A stretch of 21,365 nt of DNA from a virus (Duplodnaviria > Heunggongvirae > Uroviricota > Caudoviricetes), in the IMG/VR virus record IMGVR_UViG_2574180227_000016. One strand, written 5' to 3'. Every line of letters starts with the position of its first letter. The stretch's first letter is position 1. Below are positions 1 through 8,716 of the stretch, piece after piece. The position numbers and the translations under genes are program-made. Below the pieces are notes generated by a model. That model made no database searches and had not been told where the DNA came from. It saw only the letters and a program-made list of their open reading frames with translations.

Positions 1-285
1 CCCTTCACCAAAAGACATTGAGTTTGACTGCCCCGCCAGAACAACAACAAAGTAATACTCCGGTTCGCTGGTGGTGCTGATAACTGTGCCTTCTCCATCC
101 GACGGCTTCACCACCACAGGTGTGGTGACATCACCTTCCGCCGCAATGGCCTGCATCAGGGTATAAGGCGTGATGGCGACAGGGCTGCCAAATGGCTGCC
201 ACCCCTCCTTCAGTTTTTGTGTCAGTCGCTCCGCAAGGTCTGACGGCGATGCCGCCCTGACAACATCATAGTGTTTAAATGCCAT
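1..285 (-). CDS. 5' portion of a DUF1737 / SGNH-hydrolase (NanS-p-like sialate O-acetylesterase) gene; continues beyond the window start
   Basis: Reverse-strand ATG at 283-285, open to position 1. Translation MAFKHYDVVRAASPSDLAERLTQKLKEGW...YYFVVVLAGQSNSMSFGEG has a GQSN block typical of SGNH/SASA esterases. Sits downstream of Q in the late direction. Not in the ORF track because it is truncated. Confidence 0.55.
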   Translation of the reverse strand, partial: MAFKHYDVVRAASPSDLAERLTQKLKEGWQPFGSPVAITPYTLMQAIAAEGDVTTPVVVKPSDGEGTVISTTSEPEYYFVVVLAGQSNSMSFGEG

Positions 286-545
286 GGTTCTTTCCACCAT
301 CTGAAAAATAATTCTTTAAAATACCTGACATGTAATACAGAAAAAACACAAAACCATACCTTAAATAAAAACCTCATCATCAAGCAGATATGCATGGGTA
401 AACTACAAGACGAGATATAAACCACCCTGCATTTAAATAAACAATAAACAACATCAGAAAAATAATTCTGCTCTATGGTTTACATTCAAAAATATCATTT
501 ATACTTTTCAGAACATCACCAGCAAGACATAAACAAGGAAACTAA

Positions 546-881
546 ATGAAGTGGATTGTGATTGATACAGTTATCCAGCCATCATGCGGAATATCTTTTT
601 CAGTCATATGGAGTAAAATAAAATTAATAATCTGGTATCAATCGGATGCTTTCTTACCTCCTGAAAGTATATTTACACTGACTCACACAGGCATCATGCT
701 CAATAACAAAGTGCTACCTGTAACCATTTACAACGTAGTACCATTCAATAAAAAATTCTGGAATTTAATCAAAAACAGCCAGGAATGCCCTACAAATACA
801 GATAACGTATTGAATGAATGCTTTAATAACCGTTGCACTCTGCAAATATGTCCTTATGGACTAAAACAACAAAGTCCATAA
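546..881 (+). CDS. hypothetical protein, AT-rich, oriented against late transcription (possible moron)
   Basis: 111-aa ORF with AAGGAA 5 nt upstream of the ATG and a hairpin just downstream. Composition is unusual and no family is recognised, so it may be non-coding. Confidence 0.25.
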   Translation: MKWIVIDTVIQPSCGISFSVIWSKIKLIIWYQSDAFLPPESIFTLTHTGIMLNNKVLPVTIYNVVPFNKKFWNLIKNSQECPTNTDNVLNECFNNRCTLQICPYGLKQQSP

Positions 882-899
882 GGAGTTTACTCACATCTG

Positions 900-936
900 A
901 CAAAATCAATATAAACAGCCCCTCCGGAGAGGGGCT
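900..936 (-). terminator. candidate stem-loop terminator (AGCCCCTC-CGGA-GAGGGGCT)
   Basis: Perfect 8-bp stem with 4-nt loop at 917-936. On the - strand it is followed by a moderately T-rich tract (GTTTATATTGATTTTG). Confidence 0.3.
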
Positions 937-1176
937 GGAGAGTGGCGCTATGTGCCATTGCATGGTGCCGGGTGCCTCCCGGTGAGTTCAGTATCAGCAC
1001 CTGAACCCGCACAGAAAGGATAAGGGTCGGTGACAAAACACCAGTTGCTGATTGCCCCTCCGCACAGGGGGATTCACCATGCCAGTTTCTTTTAACAAAC
1101 TCCCCGCAAACCAGACAACAGTCAACCGCCTGAATTGTGAGGCATTTAAAAATTTCAACGGGTAACTGATACCCTG

Positions 1177-1329
1177 CTAATCGCCTGATGCTTTCTTTTT
1201 CAGCAACGGGAAAGCAACAACCACCACACCCGCCACCAGCACACCGTCAGCCAGCACTGACATTATCCGGCTGCTGAAGTCCACCATCACCACCAGAAAC
1301 AGCAGGAGCGCAACCACAGCCAGACGCAT
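1177..1329 (-). CDS. small hydrophobic membrane protein (50 aa)
   Basis: Manual translation MRLAVVALLLFLVVMVDFSSRIMSVLADGVLVAGVVVVAFPLLKKKASGD. ATG lies 8 nt after the stop of the upstream TerB-like gene. Under the ORF-track length cut-off. Confidence 0.3.
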   Translation of the reverse strand: MRLAVVALLLFLVVMVDFSSRIMSVLADGVLVAGVVVVAFPLLKKKASGD

Positions 1330-1337
1330 TTTTACCG

Positions 1338-1769
1338 TCACAGATGATTCTCCAGACGAAGGCCCAGGACACCGGCAATCTCTTCCAGCACCTTGCGCTC
1401 TTCCGGCTCTATTTCGCCGTCTGCTTCGGCAATGGCCACCGCCACATCCAGCACGTCTTCCGCTTCACGCGTATCGTGTTTCACATCCTCGATCTCACGT
1501 AACGCCGCTCGACGACCAATTTTAAAGTTCGTATCCAGCTGACCGATAATGGTTGCGCTAATCGCATTAATTTCTGACGTAAACGCGGACAACGCAGGCT
1601 GGTTACGCAAGACCTGCTCGATCTTCGCTTTCTCTGAAGCCTCACATTCACCATCTGCATAGGCCACCAGATAGGCAGCATTAATAACCGCCTGTGCCAG
1701 ATCACGTTTCTCAAACTTTTTAATTTCCACTGCCGCTCGGCGGGCTTTTTTACCAAAAATACCAAACAT
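1338..1769 (-). CDS. TerB-like (tellurite-resistance TerB fold) protein
   Basis: Start set at the internal ATG (MFGIFGKK...) preceded by AAGGAA. Two copies of the TerB-type A-x-A-D-G-E motif (LVAYADGECEASEK and AIAEADGEIEPEER). Confidence 0.6.
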   Translation of the reverse strand: MFGIFGKKARRAAVEIKKFEKRDLAQAVINAAYLVAYADGECEASEKAKIEQVLRNQPALSAFTSEINAISATIIGQLDTNFKIGRRAALREIEDVKHDTREAEDVLDVAVAIAEADGEIEPEERKVLEEIAGVLGLRLENHL

Positions 1770-1937
1770 CGTGACGTTCCTTTGGGTGGGTGAGCCAACG
1801 CCCGGGAGCGATCTGCCCACAGAGAAAGTCACACTGACCACTCCGTAAGCTCACCCCCGAAAGGCTCTGTGGTTGATATGCGCCGGGCGTGGCGCAGATA
1901 CAAAAAAAGCCCGCCGAAGCGAGCCTGATAATAAATC

Positions 1938-2012
1938 TGGAGCGGGTAGCGGGAATCGAACCACGATAAGAAGGTTAACAGCCTTCCGTAATGACCTTTA
2001 TACGACTGACCC
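1938..2012 (-). pseudogene. degenerate tRNA-like sequence (tRNA-Gly-like scaffold, GUU in the anticodon loop, unpaired acceptor and T stems)
   Basis: Reverse complement reads GGGTCAGTCGTATAAAGGTCATTACGGAAGGCTGTTAACCTTCTTATCGTGGTTCGATTCCCGCTACCCGCTCCA. It has U8, a D arm, an anticodon stem GAAGG/CCTTC with loop CUGUUAA, a TTCGATT T-loop and 3' CCA, but the acceptor and T stems do not pair. Confidence 0.35.
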
Positions 2013-2058
2013 AAATAAAAAAAGCCACCGTTGCAACTTAAGAGTCACTAACGGCAGC
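2013..2058 (-). terminator. rho-independent terminator just downstream of Q (tR'-like candidate)
   Basis: In - strand sense: GCTGCCGTT-(17-nt loop)-AACGGTGGC followed by TTTTTTTATTT. The 9-bp stem includes two G-U pairs. It lies 18 nt after the Q stop. Confidence 0.5.
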
Positions 2059-2075
2059 TTACCCTCTAATTATGG

Positions 2076-2594
2076 CTAAATGGCTAATTGCATGTCAAGG
2101 CTTTTAACAGCAACATGCTTAACTTTCTCAACACGTTTACGCATTTTGAAAGCATTTTGCATTGGTTGGTACAAAACAAATAATGACGCTTTCAGGATAT
2201 CGTCAATTTCGTTTCTACAGGTTGCCAGTGAAGGTTTTCTCCATCCCTCGCCACCGCGTCCACACATCTTGCGTGGCTTTGCAGTCGCGTGATAGTAGGA
2301 TGCAATTGCTCTCTTAGATGAACCATGAGCGTAGTAGCTGAGGAGGATGCCAAAGGCTTTCTTGTCAATGTACATGACGGAATCGACGACCTGAGAAATC
2401 AACATTCCATCATCATCATTACACATTGGTCTTGTCATAACTCTTCCCGGCTCTACGCTCTCCATGAACTTCGCTATTACGCTGCTCATGCGCTTTTCCA
2501 GACGACCTGAATAAACCCATGCGCCCCACAGTTCAAGCCAGCCATTCAGCCAATCGTGCTGTTCTTTGGTGAGGTTTAGTTCTCTTATGCCCAT
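2076..2594 (-). CDS. Q: late-gene antiterminator Q (Q82/QuuD-type family)
   Basis: 172 aa with a WLELWGAWV...RPMCNDDDGMLI...YYAHG pattern resembling QuuD-type antiterminators. AAGGGAGAAG RBS. Positioned at the end of the nin region before the late genes. Confidence 0.7.
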   Translation of the reverse strand: MGIRELNLTKEQHDWLNGWLELWGAWVYSGRLEKRMSSVIAKFMESVEPGRVMTRPMCNDDDGMLISQVVDSVMYIDKKAFGILLSYYAHGSSKRAIASYYHATAKPRKMCGRGGEGWRKPSLATCRNEIDDILKASLFVLYQPMQNAFKMRKRVEKVKHVAVKSLDMQLAI

Positions 2595-2637
2595 GCGACT
2601 TCTCCCTTGTTATCTGGAATGGTTTTTACTGAGAGCG

Positions 2638-3243
2638 TCATGCGGCCTCACTTCTGCTGTTTCGCAGGTCTTTGAGTTTCTGTTGGTACTCTGCCTTGAT
2701 GGCCCTGCACTCTTCGACAGTCCAGCGATGGCGGTTATGGTTTGATTCGATTTCATCTACTGCTTCCTGCCCGATGCGGCTAATCAGTTCGACGCGATAC
2801 GGAACGAGATTTCCGCTTTTGTGCTGGTTGCACACCACGCATTGCTTGTGAATATTGCGTTCATCAAATCGGAGTTGAGGTGCCGCAGCAGTTGTCCGGT
2901 AATGTCCGGCATCCCACTGAGCAGACGTGAGCGTTCCGCACGAGATACATGGTAAGTCGCGGTCTCTTTCTCTGATGAAGGCGTTTACGGCTTGTTGGGC
3001 TTGTTTAATCCAGTAACTGCGGGGCTTTAAGGCGAGTTTTCGAATCTTCAGTTTATCTTTCTGTTTCTGCTCCTCTCGTCGTCGTTTCTTCTCTGCTGCT
3101 TTTTCCGCTTTTTCGCGTTCTTTACTTCGTCGTTCGAGTGCTAATTGAGTTCCGTGTTCCGGGCAGCACCACCACTGATTTGAGAATGCCGGGTGAAACC
3201 ATTCTTTGCATATTTTGCATTTCCTTCGCGCTGGTTTAGCCAT
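2638..3243 (-). CDS. ninG: NinG (Rap) recombination protein
   Basis: 201 aa, [26 protein letters not shown]...[19 protein letters not shown], close to lambda NinG. Start overlaps the upstream stop (TAATG). Confidence 0.85.
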   Translation of the reverse strand: MAKPARRKCKICKEWFHPAFSNQWWCCPEHGTQLALERRSKEREKAEKAAEKKRRREEQKQKDKLKIRKLALKPRSYWIKQAQQAVNAFIRERDRDLPCISCGTLTSAQWDAGHYRTTAAAPQLRFDERNIHKQCVVCNQHKSGNLVPYRVELISRIGQEAVDEIESNHNRHRWTVEECRAIKAEYQQKLKDLRNSRSEAA

Positions 3244-3971
3244 TAAGCAGCCTCCCCTGTTACTTTCAGCATTCCGTTATCGAGCAGCTTTCTGGTCAGC
3301 CACTGTTGACCACGCCCGGTGATTTTTGTGGTGAACGATATCTGTATTCCGTGATTTGTGTTGACCGCTGTTTCTTTCACTGTGAAATAGCCGCGCTCCA
3401 TATATTCCTGCATTGGCACATTGCGCCGGGCACCTGAAGTAATAAGGATTTTGTGATCGCGCATCCACGCAAACAGTTTGTTTGGACCAATTCCAACAAC
3501 CTTTGCATAGTTTCCAATCAAAATTCCGCTGGCCTCGCCAACGCGATCGGCAAACTCAACTTTAGGTGCTGCGAGAGCAAGCTGTTTCTCCAGTTCAGCC
3601 TTCTGGTCTTCAAGGTCGGCCGCAAGGCGCAATGCCTCAGAAAAGGTTTGTGGTATTTTCGCGGTTGCCCCTTCGAGTTCTCGCCAACGGTCAACAAGAC
3701 GAGCGGTGAATTCCGGCGACAACTGAGCGACGACAATAATGCTGTCTCGCTTACCTTGTTCGCCTTCGAATATATACACGCTTGTGAATTTGTTAGGGCT
3801 AATTGTTTGTTTATTTTCAACTTTTTGCATTGGAGGAAGTTGAATCACCCCACGCTTTGCCAGACGTTCTATTGATATTCTGACATTACCGTGTTGGCTT
3901 CCCACCAACTCAGCGATTTCAATGCTTGTCATTTTGATGACGTTGCTATTTATCAGCTCATTCATTGTCAT
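3243..3971 (-). CDS. phage antirepressor-like protein (Rha-type N-terminal domain, KilA-C-type C-terminal domain)
   Basis: 242 aa with GAGAGG RBS. Domain assignment is from recalled family patterns, not a search. Confidence 0.5.
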   Translation of the reverse strand: MTMNELINSNVIKMTSIEIAELVGSQHGNVRISIERLAKRGVIQLPPMQKVENKQTISPNKFTSVYIFEGEQGKRDSIIVVAQLSPEFTARLVDRWRELEGATAKIPQTFSEALRLAADLEDQKAELEKQLALAAPKVEFADRVGEASGILIGNYAKVVGIGPNKLFAWMRDHKILITSGARRNVPMQEYMERGYFTVKETAVNTNHGIQISFTTKITGRGQQWLTRKLLDNGMLKVTGEAA

Positions 3972-4039
3972 GTCCTCTCATATTGAAAATTCAGCAATAA
4001 AAAACCCAGCCGAAGCTGGGTTTGTTAAGTTGTCAATTG

Positions 4040-4723
4040 TCAGTAGCGATGCAGTGAAGGCGGCAACTCTTTGTTCTTAAGCCTTTCCCATGCCAGAAGG
4101 TTCGTCGGCCCGTCAGGCTCATAAATATCTATATCCCGCGTGTGATTAATTAAAACGCCCCTCGCCCTCCCGATGGTATACGAGAACTCATAGCCGTAGT
4201 CGTGGCATATGCCGGAATAGCCAGACTGAATCAGTTTTAATGCGGGATACAACTCACGGAACAATGCCTGTGAGCGGTTGGCATAATCCCACAGCCATAC
4301 AAGGCTGTCTGTTTCTTTTGCGGAAAGCCCGTTGGGCTTCTTCTCTTGTTTGCCAGTATTTTTCTCGCACTGGCTGAAATAGCAGTCTTCCAGTTTTTCG
4401 AACACTTCCCACGCCCGATCGGTTTCGAGCATTTTTGCATGACGGGCTGCGCCGCGTTCTGTCCATAGGATGAGGGAGCGAACGTTACGGGCAATTTTCA
4501 CAGAGTAGTTAAAAGCTACTCTGTGCTTGAACTCACGTAAAGTTTCACCTTCAAGTTTGAAGAAGTGTTTTTCCTCAATGAAACGACCTTTGTTTTCGTG
4601 GTGATTCTGGCGAATACGAATAGCTTCTGTGCCGTAAAGGTGCGCCAAAAGTTCGGTAGTGATAACGGGGATCTGCTTGTAAGTAATCGTGGAGAGTGTT
4701 TCAACAGAAACTTGAGTTGTCAT
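4040..4723 (-). CDS. nin-region DNA-binding/antirepressor-like protein (ORF6N/Roi-like)
   Basis: 227 aa. N-terminus [33 protein letters not shown] resembles ORF6N-type antirepressor domains. Preceded by a 277-bp structured intergenic region. Confidence 0.45.
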   Translation of the reverse strand: MTTQVSVETLSTITYKQIPVITTELLAHLYGTEAIRIRQNHHENKGRFIEEKHFFKLEGETLREFKHRVAFNYSVKIARNVRSLILWTERGAARHAKMLETDRAWEVFEKLEDCYFSQCEKNTGKQEKKPNGLSAKETDSLVWLWDYANRSQALFRELYPALKLIQSGYSGICHDYGYEFSYTIGRARGVLINHTRDIDIYEPDGPTNLLAWERLKNKELPPSLHRY

Positions 4724-4884
4724 AATGACGCCCTCGAGTGGTTTCTAAACTATCACCACCGTCAGGTTCCTAATCATCGGGTGGCGAGACGTACAGGGTT
4801 AGGAACTACCGGGAAACCAACCGGCGAGCTTTTCAGCTCCCCTATACGCCCCACCATAATTCAGATGTGCGTGTGCATACGACA

Positions 4885-4909
4885 ATAAAAAACACGCTCG
4901 CGGCGTGTC
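4885..4909 (-). terminator. rho-independent terminator inside the nin region (tR2-like candidate)
   Basis: In - strand sense: ACACGC-CGCGA-GCGTGT followed by TTTTTTATTG. Confidence 0.45.
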
Positions 4910-5000
4910 TCTGTCGCGGTTTCTATCCGGGGTTCCTAATCCCGACGCCAGATTTTGCTGGCGCGTGAGGAATATAGCCCCGAATAAATCATCACGTCAA

Positions 5001-5183
5001 TCACCTTGTTTTCCTCGCACGATGTCTTAGCCACCGGATATCCCACAGGTGAGCCGTGTAATTGAAGGTTTTAACGTCAGATTCTTTTGGGATTGGCCTG
5101 GGTTTATTTCTGGAGCGTTTCGTTGGAAGGTATTTGCAGTTTTCGCAGATGATGTCGGTGATACTTCGTCGCTGTCGCCTCAT
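5001..5183 (-). CDS. ninE: NinE
   Basis: 60 aa from the internal ATG: [60 protein letters not shown], matching lambda NinE as recalled. ATGA overlap with the upstream methyltransferase stop. Confidence 0.7.
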   Translation of the reverse strand: MRRQRRSITDIICENCKYLPTKRSRNKPRPIPKESDVKTFNYTAHLWDIRWLRHRARKTR

Positions 5184-5707
5184 GCCGCCCTCCTGACGCC
5201 CTGCCCGATCGCCATCAATGCCGCTTTGGATACGGTAGTAAACATCCGTCGAGGACTGATGAACGGTCGCCAAATCAGCAGCATGGAACCTTTGCTGTTT
5301 CCCTTCTTCTCCAGCCCTGTCGATGGTTCGATAAAATTAATCCGTCCATCAGTGATGATGCGAACTTCGTCAACACTCTCCAGAGCCTTACTGAACCATC
5401 CGACAGACATATCCTCTGGCACAAGCATCACTACCGTCTGTCGTTGTTGTATGCACTGCTCAGCGGCTTTTTCCACCCACGGCCTGATATTGCTGTACGG
5501 TGGGTTATTCCAGATTGCACCGTGGCTTACCCACTCAGAATTGAGCGCGTCGTCGGCCTCAGTTAGCCAGTGAGCACACAGAGCATTTTTGTCGCTCGCT
5601 GCCGAATCCAGCCAGAATCCAAACTCAATATCCAGTGCATCAAAAAGCCAAAGCGGCGTTTGCCAGCAGTCCTTGTCGTGTGCTGGCGTATTTGATTTGA
5701 TAGTCAT
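5180..5707 (-). CDS. phage Dam-family DNA N6-adenine methyltransferase
   Basis: 175 aa from the ATG overlapping the NinB stop. Contains the NPPY motif (IWNNPPYS) of N6-adenine methyltransferases and an upstream WQTP motif. Confidence 0.75.
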   Translation of the reverse strand: MTIKSNTPAHDKDCWQTPLWLFDALDIEFGFWLDSAASDKNALCAHWLTEADDALNSEWVSHGAIWNNPPYSNIRPWVEKAAEQCIQQRQTVVMLVPEDMSVGWFSKALESVDEVRIITDGRINFIEPSTGLEKKGNSKGSMLLIWRPFISPRRMFTTVSKAALMAIGQGVRRAA

Positions 5708-6150
5708 GCAGCCTTCCCTTTTCGTTGTGACCATTCATACTCTCGCCAGGAGTCATCACTCCACCGCACGTTGCGCTCTGAGCCGAACCAGAACATGATT
5801 TCGATAAGCTCAGTCATGCTGGCCTTCCGCATTTTGCTGGTGCGCACACCAAGCATGACAACGCCACCGCCGATACCAGGCGCACTTCGTTGCTCCAGTT
5901 TTTTGGTCTTAAGCCACAGGGCAGTGAACAGGTCTTTCCAGTCTTCCGGCGCCAGCCGTTGACCATGCCATAGCACCTGACGCGAAACATCGTTCAGCAT
6001 CGGCCACATACGGTCATTCTGCGCTTTGCTACGCTTGGGTTCTTTAACGTGGACTTCGTGGGGTGACTTGTCGTCGATGGGTAGTGAGAGAATGGCGTCT
6101 ATGGCGTTATTTCTGATTGCTTCGTTGCGAAGCAGAAAGGTTTGCTTCAT
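5704..6150 (-). CDS. ninB: NinB (Orf-family recombination mediator)
   Basis: 148 aa from the ATG at 6150 with GGAGAG upstream. LNDVSRQVLWHGQRL and WSDDSWREYEW blocks parallel lambda NinB. Confidence 0.8.
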   Translation of the reverse strand: MKQTFLLRNEAIRNNAIDAILSLPIDDKSPHEVHVKEPKRSKAQNDRMWPMLNDVSRQVLWHGQRLAPEDWKDLFTALWLKTKKLEQRSAPGIGGGVVMLGVRTSKMRKASMTELIEIMFWFGSERNVRWSDDSWREYEWSQRKGKAA

Positions 6151-6343
6151 CTCCTGCTCTCCGGTTCCATTTTTCAGCCGCCGCAGCAACTGATGGTGCC
6201 CACGCCCCCCTGGCTTCACAGAGGTCACATTCTGCATAGCCCCACACATCAATATTTATTCCGGCCTCAACCCACAGACGAGCATTACCGCCGCAAAACG
6301 GACATTCTTTTAGCTTTGGCTGGGTTAATGATAGGTCGCTCAT
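6107..6343 (-). CDS. Lar-family restriction-alleviation-like zinc-ribbon protein
   Basis: MSDLSLTQPKLKECPFCGG...ECDLCEARG...KWNRRA has the CPFCG/CxxC and AWNRR-type signature of Lar-family proteins. GAAGGAG RBS 5 nt upstream. The 3' end overlaps the ninB start in another frame. Confidence 0.55.
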   Translation of the reverse strand: MSDLSLTQPKLKECPFCGGNARLWVEAGINIDVWGYAECDLCEARGAWAPSVAAAAEKWNRRAGDEANLSASQRSNQK

Positions 6344-6353
6344 GCTCACTCCT

Positions 6354-6569
6354 TCACTTTAAATCCAGACTCCGGATAATTCTGTTGCGCTGAAACTCAT
6401 TGTTGAGTTTGAACAACCGTCGAAGAACACGGTCACGCGGATAGCATCGTGCGGCAGGTGAATGCTCATACAACTCATCAAGCGGCAAACTGGACGATGA
6501 ACGATACCGATACCAACGCACCAACTCTTCACGAAAATTAGCCCTGACAAGCTCAGCTATCGTACTCAT
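6354..6569 (-). CDS. hypothetical protein (nin region)
   Basis: 71-aa ORF. Its ATG overlaps the stop of the upstream small ORF and its stop lies in the Lar RBS. No family recognised. Confidence 0.4.
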   Translation of the reverse strand: MSTIAELVRANFREELVRWYRYRSSSSLPLDELYEHSPAARCYPRDRVLRRLFKLNNEFQRNRIIRSLDLK

Positions 6570-6658
6570 TTCTTAAAGCCTCCAATTACTCTTCCCCAAA
6601 TAAAAAGGCCTGCGATTACCAGCAGGCCTGTTACAAGCTCAGTGATGTAGATGGTCAT
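6566..6658 (-). CDS. small hydrophobic peptide (30 aa)
   Basis: MTIYITELVTGLLVIAGLFIWGRVIGGFKK. ATGA overlap with the ren stop and TGA/ATG overlap with the next ORF. Under the ORF-track cut-off. Confidence 0.25.
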   Translation of the reverse strand: MTIYITELVTGLLVIAGLFIWGRVIGGFKK

Positions 6659-6945
6659 CTTTTAACTCCATATACCGCCAATACCCGTTTCATCACTGCA
6701 CTCTGGCGACACTCCTTAAAAATCAGGTTCGTGCTCACCTTTCCTTCCCGTTCTTCCCTGGTAGCAAACCGGTAATACACCGTTCGCCAGACCTTACCAT
6801 CAATGACAAGGATTCCTGCCCGCGCCATTTTAGCCGCAGCCTGATTTATACTGGTTACGGTTGCGCCTGTTACCGCGGAAACGTCCTGTGCACAGAAGTT
6901 CTTATGCGCCCCGAGGTAATGAATAATTGCCTCTTTGCCCGTCAT
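6655..6945 (-). CDS. ren: Ren
   Basis: 96 aa, MTGKEAIIHYLGAHKNFCAQDVSAVTGATVTSINQAAAKMARAGILVIDGKVWRTVYYRFATREEREGK, near-identical to lambda Ren as recalled. Confidence 0.85.
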   Translation of the reverse strand: MTGKEAIIHYLGAHKNFCAQDVSAVTGATVTSINQAAAKMARAGILVIDGKVWRTVYYRFATREEREGKVSTNLIFKECRQSAVMKRVLAVYGVKR

Positions 6946-7643
6946 ACACTTGCTCCTTTCAGTCCGAACTTAGCTTTAATTTCTGCGATCTTCGCCAGAG
7001 CCTGTGCTCGATTTAGAGGTCTGCCGCCCATGACAGGAAGTTGTTTTACTGGTTCAGGTATCGTCTCACCACGGTTAATTCGTGCTGTCATACAGGTCAG
7101 TTCATCGGCAGCCTTGCGCCGTAATTCCGCGTCAGTCAGCGCATTGGCCCGCATGTTCTGGTACAGGTTGGTAACCAGCCAGTAGTGCGCGTTTGATTTC
7201 CACGGATAAGACTCTGCATCCGGATACAGGCCACGCTTCCGGCAATACTCGTAAACCATATCAACCAGCTCGCTGACGTTTGGCAGTCCGGCGATAACGG
7301 ATGCTTCTTCCCGGCACCATGCAACAAACTGCCCGGGTGATGGAAGAAATGGTCGATTCTGCCGACGGGCTACGCGCATTCCTGCGTTAACCTGTTCCAT
7401 CGAGGTGATCCCGTTTTCCCGGAAAGCCAGAACCCACTGGCGGCGGATTTCATTCAGTTCGTTCTGGCCCCGGTTAGCCAGACTCGCCGGGAAAGTTGCC
7501 AGTAACTGGCTGAACACACCGTTGATGATCTGCGCTACCTGTTGTACCTGCGGCTTTTCGTCGTACTGTTCCGGCATGTTGTTGGCGATCCGACGCATCT
7601 GCTCACGGTCAAAGTTAACCATCTGTGCGGCGATGTTTTTCAT
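6942..7643 (-). CDS. P: replication protein P (DnaB helicase loader)
   Basis: 233 aa, [44 protein letters not shown]..., essentially lambda P. Overlaps the O stop by 4 nt. Confidence 0.9.
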   Translation of the reverse strand: MKNIAAQMVNFDREQMRRIANNMPEQYDEKPQVQQVAQIINGVFSQLLATFPASLANRGQNELNEIRRQWVLAFRENGITSMEQVNAGMRVARRQNRPFLPSPGQFVAWCREEASVIAGLPNVSELVDMVYEYCRKRGLYPDAESYPWKSNAHYWLVTNLYQNMRANALTDAELRRKAADELTCMTARINRGETIPEPVKQLPVMGGRPLNRAQALAKIAEIKAKFGLKGASV

Positions 7644-8545
7644 AAATCCACCCCGTAAATCCAGTCAGTGTTTGTCAGGTCGAGTTTTGGTTTGCTGGCT
7701 GTCACGCCTGCCTGTTGCTTGTTACGGTTGATTTCGAGCTGGGTCCACTTGTCGCGGAGTTTGGCCGGACTCAGCACGTTACCGGACCAGAAGTTGTCCT
7801 GGCAGGCCCAGCGGAAAAGCACACACATATCGCGGTGGTTACGTCCGTCACGTTCACGCATCAGGCGGATATCGTTAGCCCACCCTGCAAAATTCGGTTT
7901 TCTGGCTGATGGTGCGATGGTCTTCACCATGTCAAACATCCACTCTGCGGCGGTCAGGTCTTCTGCTGTTCCCCACTTGCTGCCGCTCTGAATTGCAGCA
8001 TCCGGTTTAACCACAGAAAGATCGTTTTCTGGCTGGTCAGAGGATTCGCCAGAATTCTCGGACGAATAATCTTTTCTTTTTTCTTTTGTAATAGTTTCTT
8101 TTGTGTGTCCCTGTTTTGGTGACAGCGCTGTCACCGTTTTGGTGACACTTTTTGTCACCAATGCAGTGACATTATCACCAGAGTAGTGACACCCTTCGAT
8201 TTGCCATTCCTCGATGTTCTTGTTAGGCCCGATTTGCTGGCCTTCGCGAAGGATAACCTTCATCGCGATAAGCTCATTCTTGGCCTTGTTTACCTTCTGT
8301 CTTGGCAGCCTGGTAATTTGAGCTAACTGACTATCAGAGATGCGATCCATCTTTTTACCGTAGCCGTATGTTTTACGGCATATGGCGTGGGCAACCTTGC
8401 TCTGATTTTTCGTTAAATCTGCGCCGATAAGCTCTTCATACAGGGCATTTGCAAGACGGGTATAACCATCTTCAACTTCTGCCACACGACGCTCCACAGG
8501 CCGTTGTGAAGGCCTTAAATGTGTTACGGTTGCAAGATTACTCAT
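7640..8545 (-). CDS. O: replication initiator O
   Basis: 301 aa. N-terminus ([56 protein letters not shown]) parallels lambda O. The central linker is encoded by the iteron region. Confidence 0.9.
   Translation of the reverse strand: MSNLATVTHLRPSQRPVERRVAEVEDGYTRLANALYEELIGADLTKNQSKVAHAICRKTYGYGKKMDRISDSQLAQITRLPRQKVNKAKNELIAMKVILREGQQIGPNKNIEEWQIEGCHYSGDNVTALVTKSVTKTVTALSPKQGHTKETITKEKRKDYSSENSGESSDQPENDLSVVKPDAAIQSGSKWGTAEDLTAAEWMFDMVKTIAPSARKPNFAGWANDIRLMRERDGRNHRDMCVLFRWACQDNFWSGNVLSPAKLRDKWTQLEINRNKQQAGVTASKPKLDLTNTDWIYGVDL
8064..8195. other. candidate replication origin inside O: AT-rich tract plus four GTGACA/TGTCACC-type inverted-repeat iterons
   Basis: AT-rich 8064-8105. Iterons GGTGACAGCGCTGTCACC (8118-8135), GGTGACACTTTTTGTCACC (8141-8159), GTGACATTATCAC (about 8166-8178) and GTGACAC (about 8185-8191). 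The location matches ori-lambda sitting in the O linker. Confidence 0.5.
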
Positions 8546-8716
8546 GACCTTTCTCCTTCTGCATCAGCTTCACTTTTTCCAACCCAGCCCGGAATCGACC
8601 AGGCTGCTTGAAGCTGGACAGGAAGCGATCACGTAGTATGTGTTTGTGAATTTTGTCCTGGTAAGGACTGAGTTGTTTTGTCATAATGACTCCTGTAGAT
8701 TGATCCAGTAATTCCC

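Noticed and set aside
222-425. Minus-strand ORF 222-425
   Set aside because: Overlaps the start of the DUF1737/esterase gene in another frame and extends into an AT-rich intergenic region; likely spurious.
67-1235. Chi-like octamer GCTGGTGG at 67-74 and its complement at 1228-1235
   Set aside because: Single 8-mers are expected by chance at this length and sit inside coding sequence; no functional claim made.
1938-2012. tRNA-like 3' end as a prophage attachment site (attL/attR)
   Set aside because: It lies between Q and the late genes, internal to the prophage. The integrase is at the opposite end of the window, and its att site must lie beyond position 21365.
1481-2079. ORFs 1481-1798 (-), 1829-2014 (-) and 1873-2079 (+)
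   Set aside because: They overlap the TerB-like gene in another frame or cover the terminator and tRNA-like region; no RBS, odd composition.
2080-2510. Plus-strand ORFs 2080-2292 and 2325-2510
   Set aside because: They lie entirely antisense within the well-supported Q gene and have no RBS; typical shadow ORFs.
3277-4888. Alternative-frame ORFs in the nin region (3277-3468, 3453-3875, 3518-3820, 4237-4494, 4254-4466, 4516-4704, 4565-4888)
   Set aside because: All are shadows of the two antirepressor-like genes or span the structured intergenic region.
5049-5962. Plus-strand ORFs 5049-5573, 5589-5798 and 5771-5962
   Set aside because: Antisense to the ninE / methyltransferase / ninB block, which has conserved motifs and translational coupling.
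6904-7991. Plus-strand and alternative-frame ORFs across P and O (6904-7185, 7136-7327, 7405-7731, 7668-7991, 7715-7909)
   Set aside because: P and O are near-identical to lambda proteins over their full length; these are shadow ORFs.
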